Below, one piece after another: positions 38,082-45,482 of a stretch of DNA of 45,482 nucleotides (positions within the stretch are counted from its first letter, which is position 1; each line of letters starts with the position of its first letter). The notes beneath the pieces were generated by a model, which did not search any database, was not told the origin of the DNA, and saw only the letters and a program-made list of their open reading frames with translations. Origin of the DNA: a virus (Duplodnaviria > Caudoviricetes). Location of the stretch: the IMG/VR virus record IMGVR_UViG_3300014208_000063, positions 1 through 45,482 of that record. One strand, 5' to 3'. A program made the position numbers and the translations under genes.

Positions 38082-38795
38082 ATGGAAAAGATTAACTTAA
38101 TAGAAGAGGACTTTTCGGCAAAAGAAATTGCCGTTGAATGTATGAATAAAATCAATGAAATTATTGATTGGGTAAATGAAGTAGACGCAGTTAGGTTAGC
38201 TAATGCTTTTGGTAATCATTTAGAAGGTAAAGACCGCCTACAAACCTTAGAGGATAAGATTGACTCTATAGTTTCAGCTATTAAGTGTCTTAAAAATGAT
38301 AATGAATTTAATAACAAAAGGATTGAGTTTATAATTAAGAATAGTAAAGCTCCAACTCAATATGATGATTATAATACTGTATCACTCCAAGACCTTTGGG
38401 ATGAAGAGAATGATAAATTAATTGCTGAAAAATTAGACAATAGTTTTGAGGGGAAGTATACAGTTGAACCCATTGTAAAAGAATGTGATTGTAATGGTGA
38501 ACCTTGCCAGTGTAAACCTTATGAACCGACTGTAAAAGATGCAAAGAAAACTTTAGATAAAATAAATGAATCTATCAAAAAACAAATGGGTGAATACTAT
38601 CCAGAAGAAGCTAAAATGGGTGAGCCGACTGTAAAAGAACCTCTATGCCCTCACGGCTATCCTTATAATTGTCCAGCCTGTATTAAAGATATAGAGATTG
38701 AAGAAATAATTGAGGAGTTTCATAAAGAGTACTATGTTCTTGATAGACCAAAATTTGAATCTTGGCTAAGAGATAAGTTAAATAGTTTAAAATAA
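38082..38795 (+). CDS. Hypothetical acidic protein with EP(T/I)VK repeats and Cys motifs
   Basis: 237 aa; three EPxVK units; CDC..C.C and CPH..C..C. Confidence 0.65.
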   Translation: MEKINLIEEDFSAKEIAVECMNKINEIIDWVNEVDAVRLANAFGNHLEGKDRLQTLEDKIDSIVSAIKCLKNDNEFNNKRIEFIIKNSKAPTQYDDYNTVSLQDLWDEENDKLIAEKLDNSFEGKYTVEPIVKECDCNGEPCQCKPYEPTVKDAKKTLDKINESIKKQMGEYYPEEAKMGEPTVKEPLCPHGYPYNCPACIKDIEIEEIIEEFHKEYYVLDRPKFESWLRDKLNSLK

Positions 38796-38796
38796 T

Positions 38797-39291
38797 ATGT
38801 CAATAATATACAAAAGTAAAAGAATAGGAAAAAACGGAAAACCATTTTGGCTTTACAAATTCCGTACTTTAATGGATAATATAGATAAGACTAGCTCTTT
38901 TGCTCAACAAGACCAGTATGTAAAATTTGGGAAGTTTCTTCGTAAGACTAAAATAGACGAATTACCTCAGCTTATTAATTGGATTAAAGGTGATATTAAT
39001 TTCTTTGGTTATCGTCCAGAAGAAGAACGAGCTTGGAACATTTTGCCTTCTGAAATAAGAGAAATATTATCTAAAAATAAACCAGGTATTATAGATCTTA
39101 GTTCACTTCACTTTTATGATGAAGAAACCTTATTACAAGTAGGAGATGCTAATAAAACTTACTGGGAAGTTATAAGACCAATGAAACTTACTTTACAGAT
39201 GTTTTACTCTGAAAATAGATGTTGGATTTTAAACCTCGCTATTATTTATATATATTTTCGTAAAGCTTTAAAATCACTATGGAAAAAGTAA
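38797..39291 (+). CDS. Phosphoglycosyl transferase (Bac_transf/PglC-WcaJ family), N-terminally truncated
   Basis: RIGKNGKPF.LYKFRT, GKFLRKTKIDELPQL and KPGI. Confidence 0.85.
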   Translation: MSIIYKSKRIGKNGKPFWLYKFRTLMDNIDKTSSFAQQDQYVKFGKFLRKTKIDELPQLINWIKGDINFFGYRPEEERAWNILPSEIREILSKNKPGIIDLSSLHFYDEETLLQVGDANKTYWEVIRPMKLTLQMFYSENRCWILNLAIIYIYFRKALKSLWKK

Positions 39292-39932
39292 AACAAATAC
39301 AAAAAGATATTTTAATTGCTAGTTACGAAGCAGGCGCTTGTCATTTGGGGTCTGCTTTAAGTTGTGTAGATATTTTACACGACCTTTTTTATATCCAAAA
39401 AATAAAACCAGAACAATTTTTATTTGCTAAAGCCAGTGGAGTAGCCTGCTACTACGCTATCCTTGCTGATTTAGGGTATTTTCCTAAAGACAAGCTAGGT
39501 GAATATCTAAAACAGTATCCTTTGCCTTCTAAAGAAGTTGCTGGAATCCAACACTCCTTTGGAAGTTTAGGCCACGGATTAAGTGTAGCTACTGGACTGG
39601 CTTTATCAGATAGAAATAGAGATATATATGTTCTACTTTCAGATGGAGAGTGTCAGGAAGGTTCTACCTTAGAAGCAGTAGCTTTTATAGGGCATCATAA
39701 TCTTACTAATCTTCACGTCATAGTAGACAACAATAAAATACAGGCATTAGGGCATACTAGAGATATAATAAAAATGGATACTATTTGGAATTATATGGAA
39801 AACAACTTACCTAACTGTAAGATAGTAAATACAGTCAAGGGTCAGGGGATAGATTTTATGGAAGACTCAGCTGACTGGCACTACAAGAACCTAACTAAAG
39901 AACTTTTAGATAAAGCATTATGCCAGATTTAA
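39279..39932 (+). CDS. Transketolase-like N-terminal (ThDP-binding) subunit
   Basis: HLGSALS, GSLGHGL and SDGECQEG...DNN. Confidence 0.9.
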   Translation: MEKVKQIQKDILIASYEAGACHLGSALSCVDILHDLFYIQKIKPEQFLFAKASGVACYYAILADLGYFPKDKLGEYLKQYPLPSKEVAGIQHSFGSLGHGLSVATGLALSDRNRDIYVLLSDGECQEGSTLEAVAFIGHHNLTNLHVIVDNNKIQALGHTRDIIKMDTIWNYMENNLPNCKIVNTVKGQGIDFMEDSADWHYKNLTKELLDKALCQI

Positions 39933-40387
39933 GAAAAGACTTTTTTGAAATAATGTGTGAACTAGCTGAAAAGGACAAGGACATTATAGTTCTTGTCGGA
40001 GATTTAGGTTATAACTTTTATGAGGATTTTGCTAAAAGATTTCCTGAACAGTTTATTAACGCAGGATGTGCAGAGCAAAATATGATAGGAGTAGCTGCAG
40101 GACTTGCTCTCGGAGGGAAAAAACCTTTCGTTTACTCTGGGAGCATTTTCTTGGCTAGTAGAGGCCACGAGTTTATACGAGATGATGTAGCTTATGCCAA
40201 TCTTAATGTAAAGTTGGTAGGAACAGGTGCTAGTGGATTTTTAGGTCATACCCATAACTGGCAAGGAACAGAGAACGAACTTGATTTGCTTAAGAACCTA
40301 CCTAATTTACAAATATCTTTTCCAAAAGATAAAGAAGAATTAAAGAAAGCCCTAATCAACGAAGGAGCAAGTTATATAAGAATATGA
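39920..40387 (+). CDS. Transketolase-like pyrimidine-binding subunit (short)
   Basis: GDLG, RFPEQFINAGCAEQNMIGVAAGLA, GHTH and YIRI. Confidence 0.9.
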   Translation: MPDLRKDFFEIMCELAEKDKDIIVLVGDLGYNFYEDFAKRFPEQFINAGCAEQNMIGVAAGLALGGKKPFVYSGSIFLASRGHEFIRDDVAYANLNVKLVGTGASGFLGHTHNWQGTENELDLLKNLPNLQISFPKDKEELKKALINEGASYIRI

Positions 40388-41007
40388 GAAGACTAATATA
40401 CCAACACAAAAACAGTCCAGAAGCCTATAACAAAATATACGAAGAACGTCAGGGCAAGGTAGACTGGCAAGATATTCGTAGACAGAAGGCTATGCTTAAA
40501 TATTTTAATGGTGGCCCTATCTTAGATATAGGTTGCCTTGACTCCAGTGTACCTGATATTCTTATAGAATTGCGATTAGAGGGTATTATAAGCTATTTAG
40601 GTACTGATACAGCCACAGAGGCTATAAGGCATCAAAATGAGCTATTTTATGACGATAAAGGGGTAAATTTTATAGTAGATGATATATTCAATACTAAAAT
40701 AGATAGACAATTTGATTATGTTTTACTAGGAGAAGTTTTAGAACATTTAGAAGAACCAGATAAGGCTGTACATCAAGCTATGAGATTAGTTAAGTCTAAT
40801 GGTTATCTAGTAATATCTGTTCCCTATGAAGAATACAAGGAGTTTGGAGCAGTTGATAAAGACAGACATATTTGGAGTTTTGATAAAAAAGACTTTGAAT
40901 TTCTAAAACAATACGGAAAAGTAAAGTTTAAAGTATTAGGTAGTCAATATTTTCCTTATAAATATTGCTGGCCACAATTAATAATTTACATAAAAAAATA
41001 TGATTGA
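40384..41007 (+). CDS. Class I SAM-dependent methyltransferase
   Basis: ILDIGC and FDYVLLGEVLEHLEEP. Confidence 0.88.
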   Translation: MRRLIYQHKNSPEAYNKIYEERQGKVDWQDIRRQKAMLKYFNGGPILDIGCLDSSVPDILIELRLEGIISYLGTDTATEAIRHQNELFYDDKGVNFIVDDIFNTKIDRQFDYVLLGEVLEHLEEPDKAVHQAMRLVKSNGYLVISVPYEEYKEFGAVDKDRHIWSFDKKDFEFLKQYGKVKFKVLGSQYFPYKYCWPQLIIYIKKYD

Positions 41008-42115
41008 TTTTATAAATAGTTCTTATAGACGTTATTATAGCGAACACCGAGAAGAAATTTTAGACGCAATAGATAGGTGTTTTAAAGGTGGCGATTTCAT
41101 CTTAAGAAAAGATGTAGAAGAGTTTGAGCAGAAACTTTGTGCTTTCACTGGGGCTAAGTATGCTGTTGGTGTGAACTCAGGAACAGATGCTCTTAAACTT
41201 TCATATAAAGCAATGGGTATTAAGCCAGGAGACGAGGTTATTACAGTATCTCATACCTTCATAGCTCCCATAGAAGAAATTGTTCATCACGGTGGAATAC
41301 CTATTTTAATAGATGTTGGAGAAGACGGACTTATGAACGTAGATGAGATAGAAAGTGCTATCAGTCCCCAGACAGTAGGCATAGTGCCAGTCCACTTATC
41401 TGGCAAGGTCTGTGATATGAAACGAATAAACGAGATAGCCGAGAAGCACGGACTTTGGGTAGTAGAAGATGCCTGTCAGGCTTTAGGAGCTAAATTAGAT
41501 GGTAAAAGTGCTGGAACAATGGGTAATACAGGATGTTTTTCCTTTATCAGTCCTAAGACTTTAGGTGGTGCTGGAGATAATGGAGGTATTATAACTAACG
41601 ATTTTGAAACTTATCAGAGACTTCTATTACTAAGAAATCATTGGAACATAACTCAGGGAGCTTTACACGGACTTAATATTCCTCAACCAGAGGTAATGGA
41701 CTGGGGTTATAACTCAAGAATGGATAATATTCAAGCTGCTATTTTAAATATAAAATGGAAATACTACCCAGAAATGTTAAAGAGACGAAAAGAGATAGGT
41801 GAGATGTATAACGAAGGACTTAAAGATTTACCTATTCTTCTTCCAACCTCACAACCAGAACAAATCTATCAGGAGTATATCATCCGAGTTAAAAACAGAG
41901 AAAAGTTTATGAAGCATATGGTAGATAACGGAATAGAGCTGTTAGTAAGAGATACTATTCCTAATCATAAGCAAAGGGGTTTAAAGTTAGACCATTTTGA
42001 TTTACCAGTTACTGAAGAAATGGCCACTGATAATGTTCGTATTCCTTGTTATCCAGAACTTGAGGATGAAGAGGTAGCAGAGATAATAAAAGTTGTAAAA
42101 TCATTTTACAAGTAA
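41000..42115 (+). CDS. DegT/DnrJ/EryC1/StrS sugar aminotransferase
   Basis: NSGTDAL, PVHL.G, EDACQA, FSF...K..G..GD.GG (PLP Lys) and GYNSRMD. Confidence 0.95.
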   Translation: MIDFINSSYRRYYSEHREEILDAIDRCFKGGDFILRKDVEEFEQKLCAFTGAKYAVGVNSGTDALKLSYKAMGIKPGDEVITVSHTFIAPIEEIVHHGGIPILIDVGEDGLMNVDEIESAISPQTVGIVPVHLSGKVCDMKRINEIAEKHGLWVVEDACQALGAKLDGKSAGTMGNTGCFSFISPKTLGGAGDNGGIITNDFETYQRLLLLRNHWNITQGALHGLNIPQPEVMDWGYNSRMDNIQAAILNIKWKYYPEMLKRRKEIGEMYNEGLKDLPILLPTSQPEQIYQEYIIRVKNREKFMKHMVDNGIELLVRDTIPNHKQRGLKLDHFDLPVTEEMATDNVRIPCYPELEDEEVAEIIKVVKSFYK

Positions 42116-42133
42116 TTTAAAATAAGTTATAAT
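42105..42133 (+). promoter_or_regulatory. sigma70 promoter inside the sugar cluster, probably leaderless
   Basis: TTTACA-17 nt-TATAAT, ATG 6 nt downstream. Confidence 0.65.
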
Positions 42134-42139
42134 TATTCT

Positions 42140-42949
42140 ATGAAAAATGAAAGAATACTAATCACAGGTGGAGCTGGTAGTATTGGATCTGAACTAGCTA
42201 AGCAACTAAACAAAGAAAATCAAGTATTTATACTAGATATTAACGAGACTGAATTATTTAACCTTATTGAATCAGAAAAGATGAATGGTGTAGTTGGCGA
42301 TGTCAGAGACAAGGAAGTATTAGAAGAAATATTTGCTAGATTTCAACCAGCCTATGTGTTTCACTGTGCTGCTTTAAAGCACGTTACACCTTCAGCTTGG
42401 ACACCTAAAATATATATAGATACCAATATTGGTGGAACTATAAATGTGCTAGAATTAGCCAAGAAATATGGTGTTAAGATGATTAATATATCTACTGATA
42501 AGGTAGTTAATCCTGAATCTATTATGGGGGCTACTAAGAAAGTAGCCGAGTTGGCTGTTAAAAACGATAAAGAAGTATCAGTAAGATTTGGAAATGTATT
42601 AGGTTCTAGAGGTTCTTTACTTGAAATATGGAATAGACAAATGAAAGAAGGCAAACCTTTGACTGTTACTGATTCTAGAATGGAACGATATTTTATGGAA
42701 ATACCAGATGCTTGTGAGCTTTTAATTGAAGCAGCAGAGGTAGGAGAAGGAGGCCAAATTCTTATAATGGATATGGGTGAACCTGTTAATATATTAGAAC
42801 TTGCCAAAGAGATTATAACTAAAAAGAAATATGGTTTAGAGCCAGAAATTATAGGAGCTAGACCAGGAGAGAAATTAAGTGAAGACTTAATGACTACTAC
42901 TGAAAAAGAGTTAGCAGTCAAGAAAGATAAATTTTATATAATTAATTAA
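42140..42949 (+). CDS. UDP-GlcNAc 4,6-dehydratase (CapD/PglF-like catalytic domain only)
   Basis: TGGAGSIG, HCAALKHV, ISTDK, MGATK, VRFGNVLGSRGS and RPGEKL. Confidence 0.95.
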   Translation: MKNERILITGGAGSIGSELAKQLNKENQVFILDINETELFNLIESEKMNGVVGDVRDKEVLEEIFARFQPAYVFHCAALKHVTPSAWTPKIYIDTNIGGTINVLELAKKYGVKMINISTDKVVNPESIMGATKKVAELAVKNDKEVSVRFGNVLGSRGSLLEIWNRQMKEGKPLTVTDSRMERYFMEIPDACELLIEAAEVGEGGQILIMDMGEPVNILELAKEIITKKKYGLEPEIIGARPGEKLSEDLMTTTEKELAVKKDKFYIIN

Positions 42950-42954
42950 TATGT

Positions 42955-43644
42955 ATGAGAAAAAAAGAAAGCCCAAAGGCTATTAAAAACGTAATAAAAA
43001 AAGTTGTTAAAGAACAAAAAAAAGTTGTTAACAAACTAGAAGATATTAAATACTGGCAGAAAAGACCAGCAGATGATACTCGTAAAGACTGGCGTTTAGA
43101 CAGGGATACTGACTGGGTAAGTGAATATTGGGGAAGCCAAGCACATCCTCATAGGTCATTAATCACCGAAGCTCTTGTAAGAATAGGCGATTTTGGTAGT
43201 TTGTTAGAAGTTGGTTGTAATTGTGGTCCTAACTTACAGCAAATTAGAAACAAATATCCTAAAACTAAACTTTATGGTATAGATGCTAGTCCAGTAGCAG
43301 TAGAAAAAGGACAAAGATTATTTGGAACAGAGATTCAATTAGGCACAGCTGATAAACTTCCAGTAGATGTGGATGTTATATTATCTGATGCTGTTTTAAT
43401 TTATGCTGAGCCAGATTATTTTAAGAAGATAGCAGAAGAATTTAGTAAGAAAGCTAAGAAAGCTATTATTTTAGTTGAGTGGTATGATGAATCTAAGACT
43501 GGTGTTGAGAAAGATGGACACTGGGCTAGAGATTATCAATTTAAAGGTTTTGAGTTAAAAGATAAAATTAAAATAACAGAACAACAATGGCCAAACAAGG
43601 CTTGGAGTCAAAATGGATACGTATTCGTGTTTCTTCGTCAATAG
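42955..43644 (+). CDS. Class I SAM-dependent methyltransferase
   Basis: SLLEVGCNCGPNL, YGID and AVLIY. Confidence 0.85.
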   Translation: MRKKESPKAIKNVIKKVVKEQKKVVNKLEDIKYWQKRPADDTRKDWRLDRDTDWVSEYWGSQAHPHRSLITEALVRIGDFGSLLEVGCNCGPNLQQIRNKYPKTKLYGIDASPVAVEKGQRLFGTEIQLGTADKLPVDVDVILSDAVLIYAEPDYFKKIAEEFSKKAKKAIILVEWYDESKTGVEKDGHWARDYQFKGFELKDKIKITEQQWPNKAWSQNGYVFVFLRQ

Positions 43645-44378
43645 CTAATTTTAAAGATAAAGCAGAACGTAGATTAAGTTACGAGGGAGATTATACGTTA
43701 TTTCTTGGGTTGTATCACTGGATAGACTATCTAAAGTTTTTACTAACTTTAGGTAAAAAACGAGTATTATGGTGTGGTTCAGATATATTAAACTTAAATA
43801 AGTTTTGGGCGTTCATTTTAAAACTTACTAAAGCAGAACACATCTGTGAGAATCAGGTAGAACAAGGTGTTTTATCGGGATTTGGTATTGAGCCTAGAGT
43901 CCAACCAGTTCTTTTGACTAACCCCAAGAGATATAAGAGATGTTTTAGACCTAGTAAATACCCAGAAGTGTTTGTTAATTGCCACGAGGGTAGAACAAAG
44001 GAGTATGGATTAGAAACTATAATTAAGATAGCTCCTAAGCTACCTGAAGTATTGTTTCATATTTATGGAATAGAACCTTACGATCCGTTTCTTCCTAATA
44101 ACATAGTATTTCACGGTAAAGTTAGTGAAAGTGAGTTTGATAAGGATATTAAGCAGTATCAAGGAGCATTACGCCTTAACTTATTTGACGGATTTGGAGA
44201 GGTATTAGCTAAGTCTATACTTATGGGACAATATCCTATATCTAAGATTCAATATCCAGGTATTACATCTTATGTTAATGAAAACGACTTAATAACTAAA
44301 ATAAGAGCATTAAAATATAAAAAGAAACCTAATCCACAAGCAGATTTATGGAGAACATTACTCAGCAAGAAAATATAA
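43587..44378 (+). CDS. Putative GT-B glycosyltransferase
   Basis: WCGSD, FHIYG, NIVFHGKV and DGFGEVLAKSILMG, like the GT4 nucleotide-binding end. Confidence 0.7.
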   Translation: MAKQGLESKWIRIRVSSSIANFKDKAERRLSYEGDYTLFLGLYHWIDYLKFLLTLGKKRVLWCGSDILNLNKFWAFILKLTKAEHICENQVEQGVLSGFGIEPRVQPVLLTNPKRYKRCFRPSKYPEVFVNCHEGRTKEYGLETIIKIAPKLPEVLFHIYGIEPYDPFLPNNIVFHGKVSESEFDKDIKQYQGALRLNLFDGFGEVLAKSILMGQYPISKIQYPGITSYVNENDLITKIRALKYKKKPNPQADLWRTLLSKKI

Positions 44379-45301
44379 ATTTACATCTGATATATACTCC
44401 TTTTACTGGTGTAGGTCTACACGGAGGATATAGGGGAGATGAATGGTTTTCTAATCGTATAGATGTATTTAAAAATAATACTCTTAAGAGTTTATTAAAT
44501 CAGACTAGCAAGAATTTTGTTCATTGGATTTCATTTAGACCAGAAGAACGTGGACATCCTTTAGTGGTAGAATTGGCTAAGTATTTAGATTCATTTGATA
44601 GTTATAAGTATATATTTACTTTTAACGGACTAATGTATCACGATGATAAGTTTACCAACTATACTTTAAAGACTAGATTTAAGAATTTTTTACAGATGTA
44701 TCACGATAATCTTAAACAGAATCCGTTTAAGTTACTCAAGTTAGTATGGGAAAATAAGAATAAGACTCTAGTTCCACGAATATATAGTTCTTTAATAGAT
44801 ATAGCTAAGTACATAGGTACTAATTATAAATGGATATATCTTACTAGGATAGATTCAGACGATATGTTAGCTAGTGATGCTGTTGATTTAATACAGAAAC
44901 AGAACCCAGAGTGGAAAAGAGCTTTAGTATTTAAGAACGGATATATATATAACTGTAAAACTGGACAAGTAGCAGAGTGGCTACCACCAACTAATCCTCC
45001 TTTTCATACTATAATATTTCCAGCTTCTACTTTCTTTGATTCTCAGGCTCATTATGAATATTATGACGACTTTAAAAGCCACGAAGATACTACTAGAGTA
45101 TTTAATCCTATAGTATTACCAGATTATAAGTATATGGTTGCTTATCACGGTAGAGGTCATATATCTACAGCTTGGGAATCTCCAGTCATAAAGAAAATTC
45201 ATCACAGAATAAAATATAAGAGAATAAATCCTTTTATTGGTAAAATCTTATCTAGCGAAATAAAGAAAGATTTTGGAATATGGGGACAAAAAATTGTATG
45301 A
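44348..45301 (+). CDS. Putative GT-A glycosyltransferase (putative rhamnosyltransferase-like)
   Basis: WFSNRIDVFKNNTLKSLLNQTSKNF and TRIDSDD (DxD). Confidence 0.75.
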   Translation: MENITQQENINLHLIYTPFTGVGLHGGYRGDEWFSNRIDVFKNNTLKSLLNQTSKNFVHWISFRPEERGHPLVVELAKYLDSFDSYKYIFTFNGLMYHDDKFTNYTLKTRFKNFLQMYHDNLKQNPFKLLKLVWENKNKTLVPRIYSSLIDIAKYIGTNYKWIYLTRIDSDDMLASDAVDLIQKQNPEWKRALVFKNGYIYNCKTGQVAEWLPPTNPPFHTIIFPASTFFDSQAHYEYYDDFKSHEDTTRVFNPIVLPDYKYMVAYHGRGHISTAWESPVIKKIHHRIKYKRINPFIGKILSSEIKKDFGIWGQKIV

Positions 45302-45482
45302 CACATTTAGTAATAGGAAAAGGAGAAGTGGGTAAAGCAATAGCTAAAATATTTAAAGCTGATACCTTTGATATTAAAAATGGAGGTATGGAAGACGGAC
45401 ATTATGATGTATTACACATTTGCTTTCCTTATTCAGAAACATTTATCTTAGATGTAAAGAAGTATGATAGAATTTATAGTCC
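45298..45482 (+). CDS. UDP-glucose/GDP-mannose dehydrogenase family protein, N-terminal part
   Basis: MTHLVIGKGEVGKAI Rossmann GxGxxG and DVLHICFP; continues in frame into 1-543 (236 aa total). Confidence 0.85.
   Translation, partial: MTHLVIGKGEVGKAIAKIFKADTFDIKNGGMEDGHYDVLHICFPYSETFILDVKKYDRIYS
45466..45482. repeat. Terminal direct repeat, right copy
   Basis: Identical to 1-17. Confidence 0.95.

Noticed and set aside
39279-40387. Transketolase as a pentose-phosphate auxiliary metabolic gene
   Set aside because: Split, truncated form embedded in a nucleotide-sugar cluster fits sugar tailoring better
1119-42921. Minus-strand ORFs in the track (e.g. 1119-1439, 19839-20222, 26319-26621, 42361-42921)
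   Set aside because: Antisense shadows of well-supported + strand genes, with no motifs
1-45482. Stop-codon reassignment (code 15 or 25)
   Set aside because: Genes are full length and tightly packed under code 11; TAG and TGA end genes at sensible, coupled junctions
38797-45482. Sugar cluster as a known DNA hypermodification system
   Set aside because: No dNMP hydroxymethylase, TET/JBP oxygenase or phage polymerase recognised, and restriction-site avoidance suggests the DNA is not broadly shielded; kept only as an alternative

Overview
This window is an apparently complete, circularly assembled, AT-rich tailed-phage genome of about 45.5 kb. The last 17 nt repeat the first 17 nt, and an ORF reads in frame across the junction. 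Essentially all genes are on the + strand and use the standard bacterial code. Gene order is: terminase, P22-like portal, GroES, scaffold and capsid (1.1-9.6 kb); a long block of Ser/Thr-rich, repeated-domain virion proteins, podovirus-type tail genes and ejection proteins (10-28 kb); M23 endolysin and holin; a structured non-coding region; an early/accessory region (YopX, T4 Rnl1-like RNA ligase, HNH, SLT, DUF1064, MT-A70 methylase, solo IS607-type serine recombinase); and a 10-gene nucleotide-sugar/glycosyltransferase cluster (38.8 kb to 0.54 kb across the junction) that leads into the packaging genes. No DNA polymerase, primase, helicase or classical integrase was recognised. Shine-Dalgarno-poor starts, leaderless sigma70 promoters with DnaA boxes and one repeat motif suggest a Patescibacteria-like host (inference only). 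The most interesting candidates are a miniaturised, apparently membrane-independent glycosylation pathway that may decorate the virion, a family of closed-stem intergenic RNAs, a two-state leader RNA, an HNH/dead-HNH cassette, and strong CATG avoidance. All calls come from reading motifs by eye; no searches were run.
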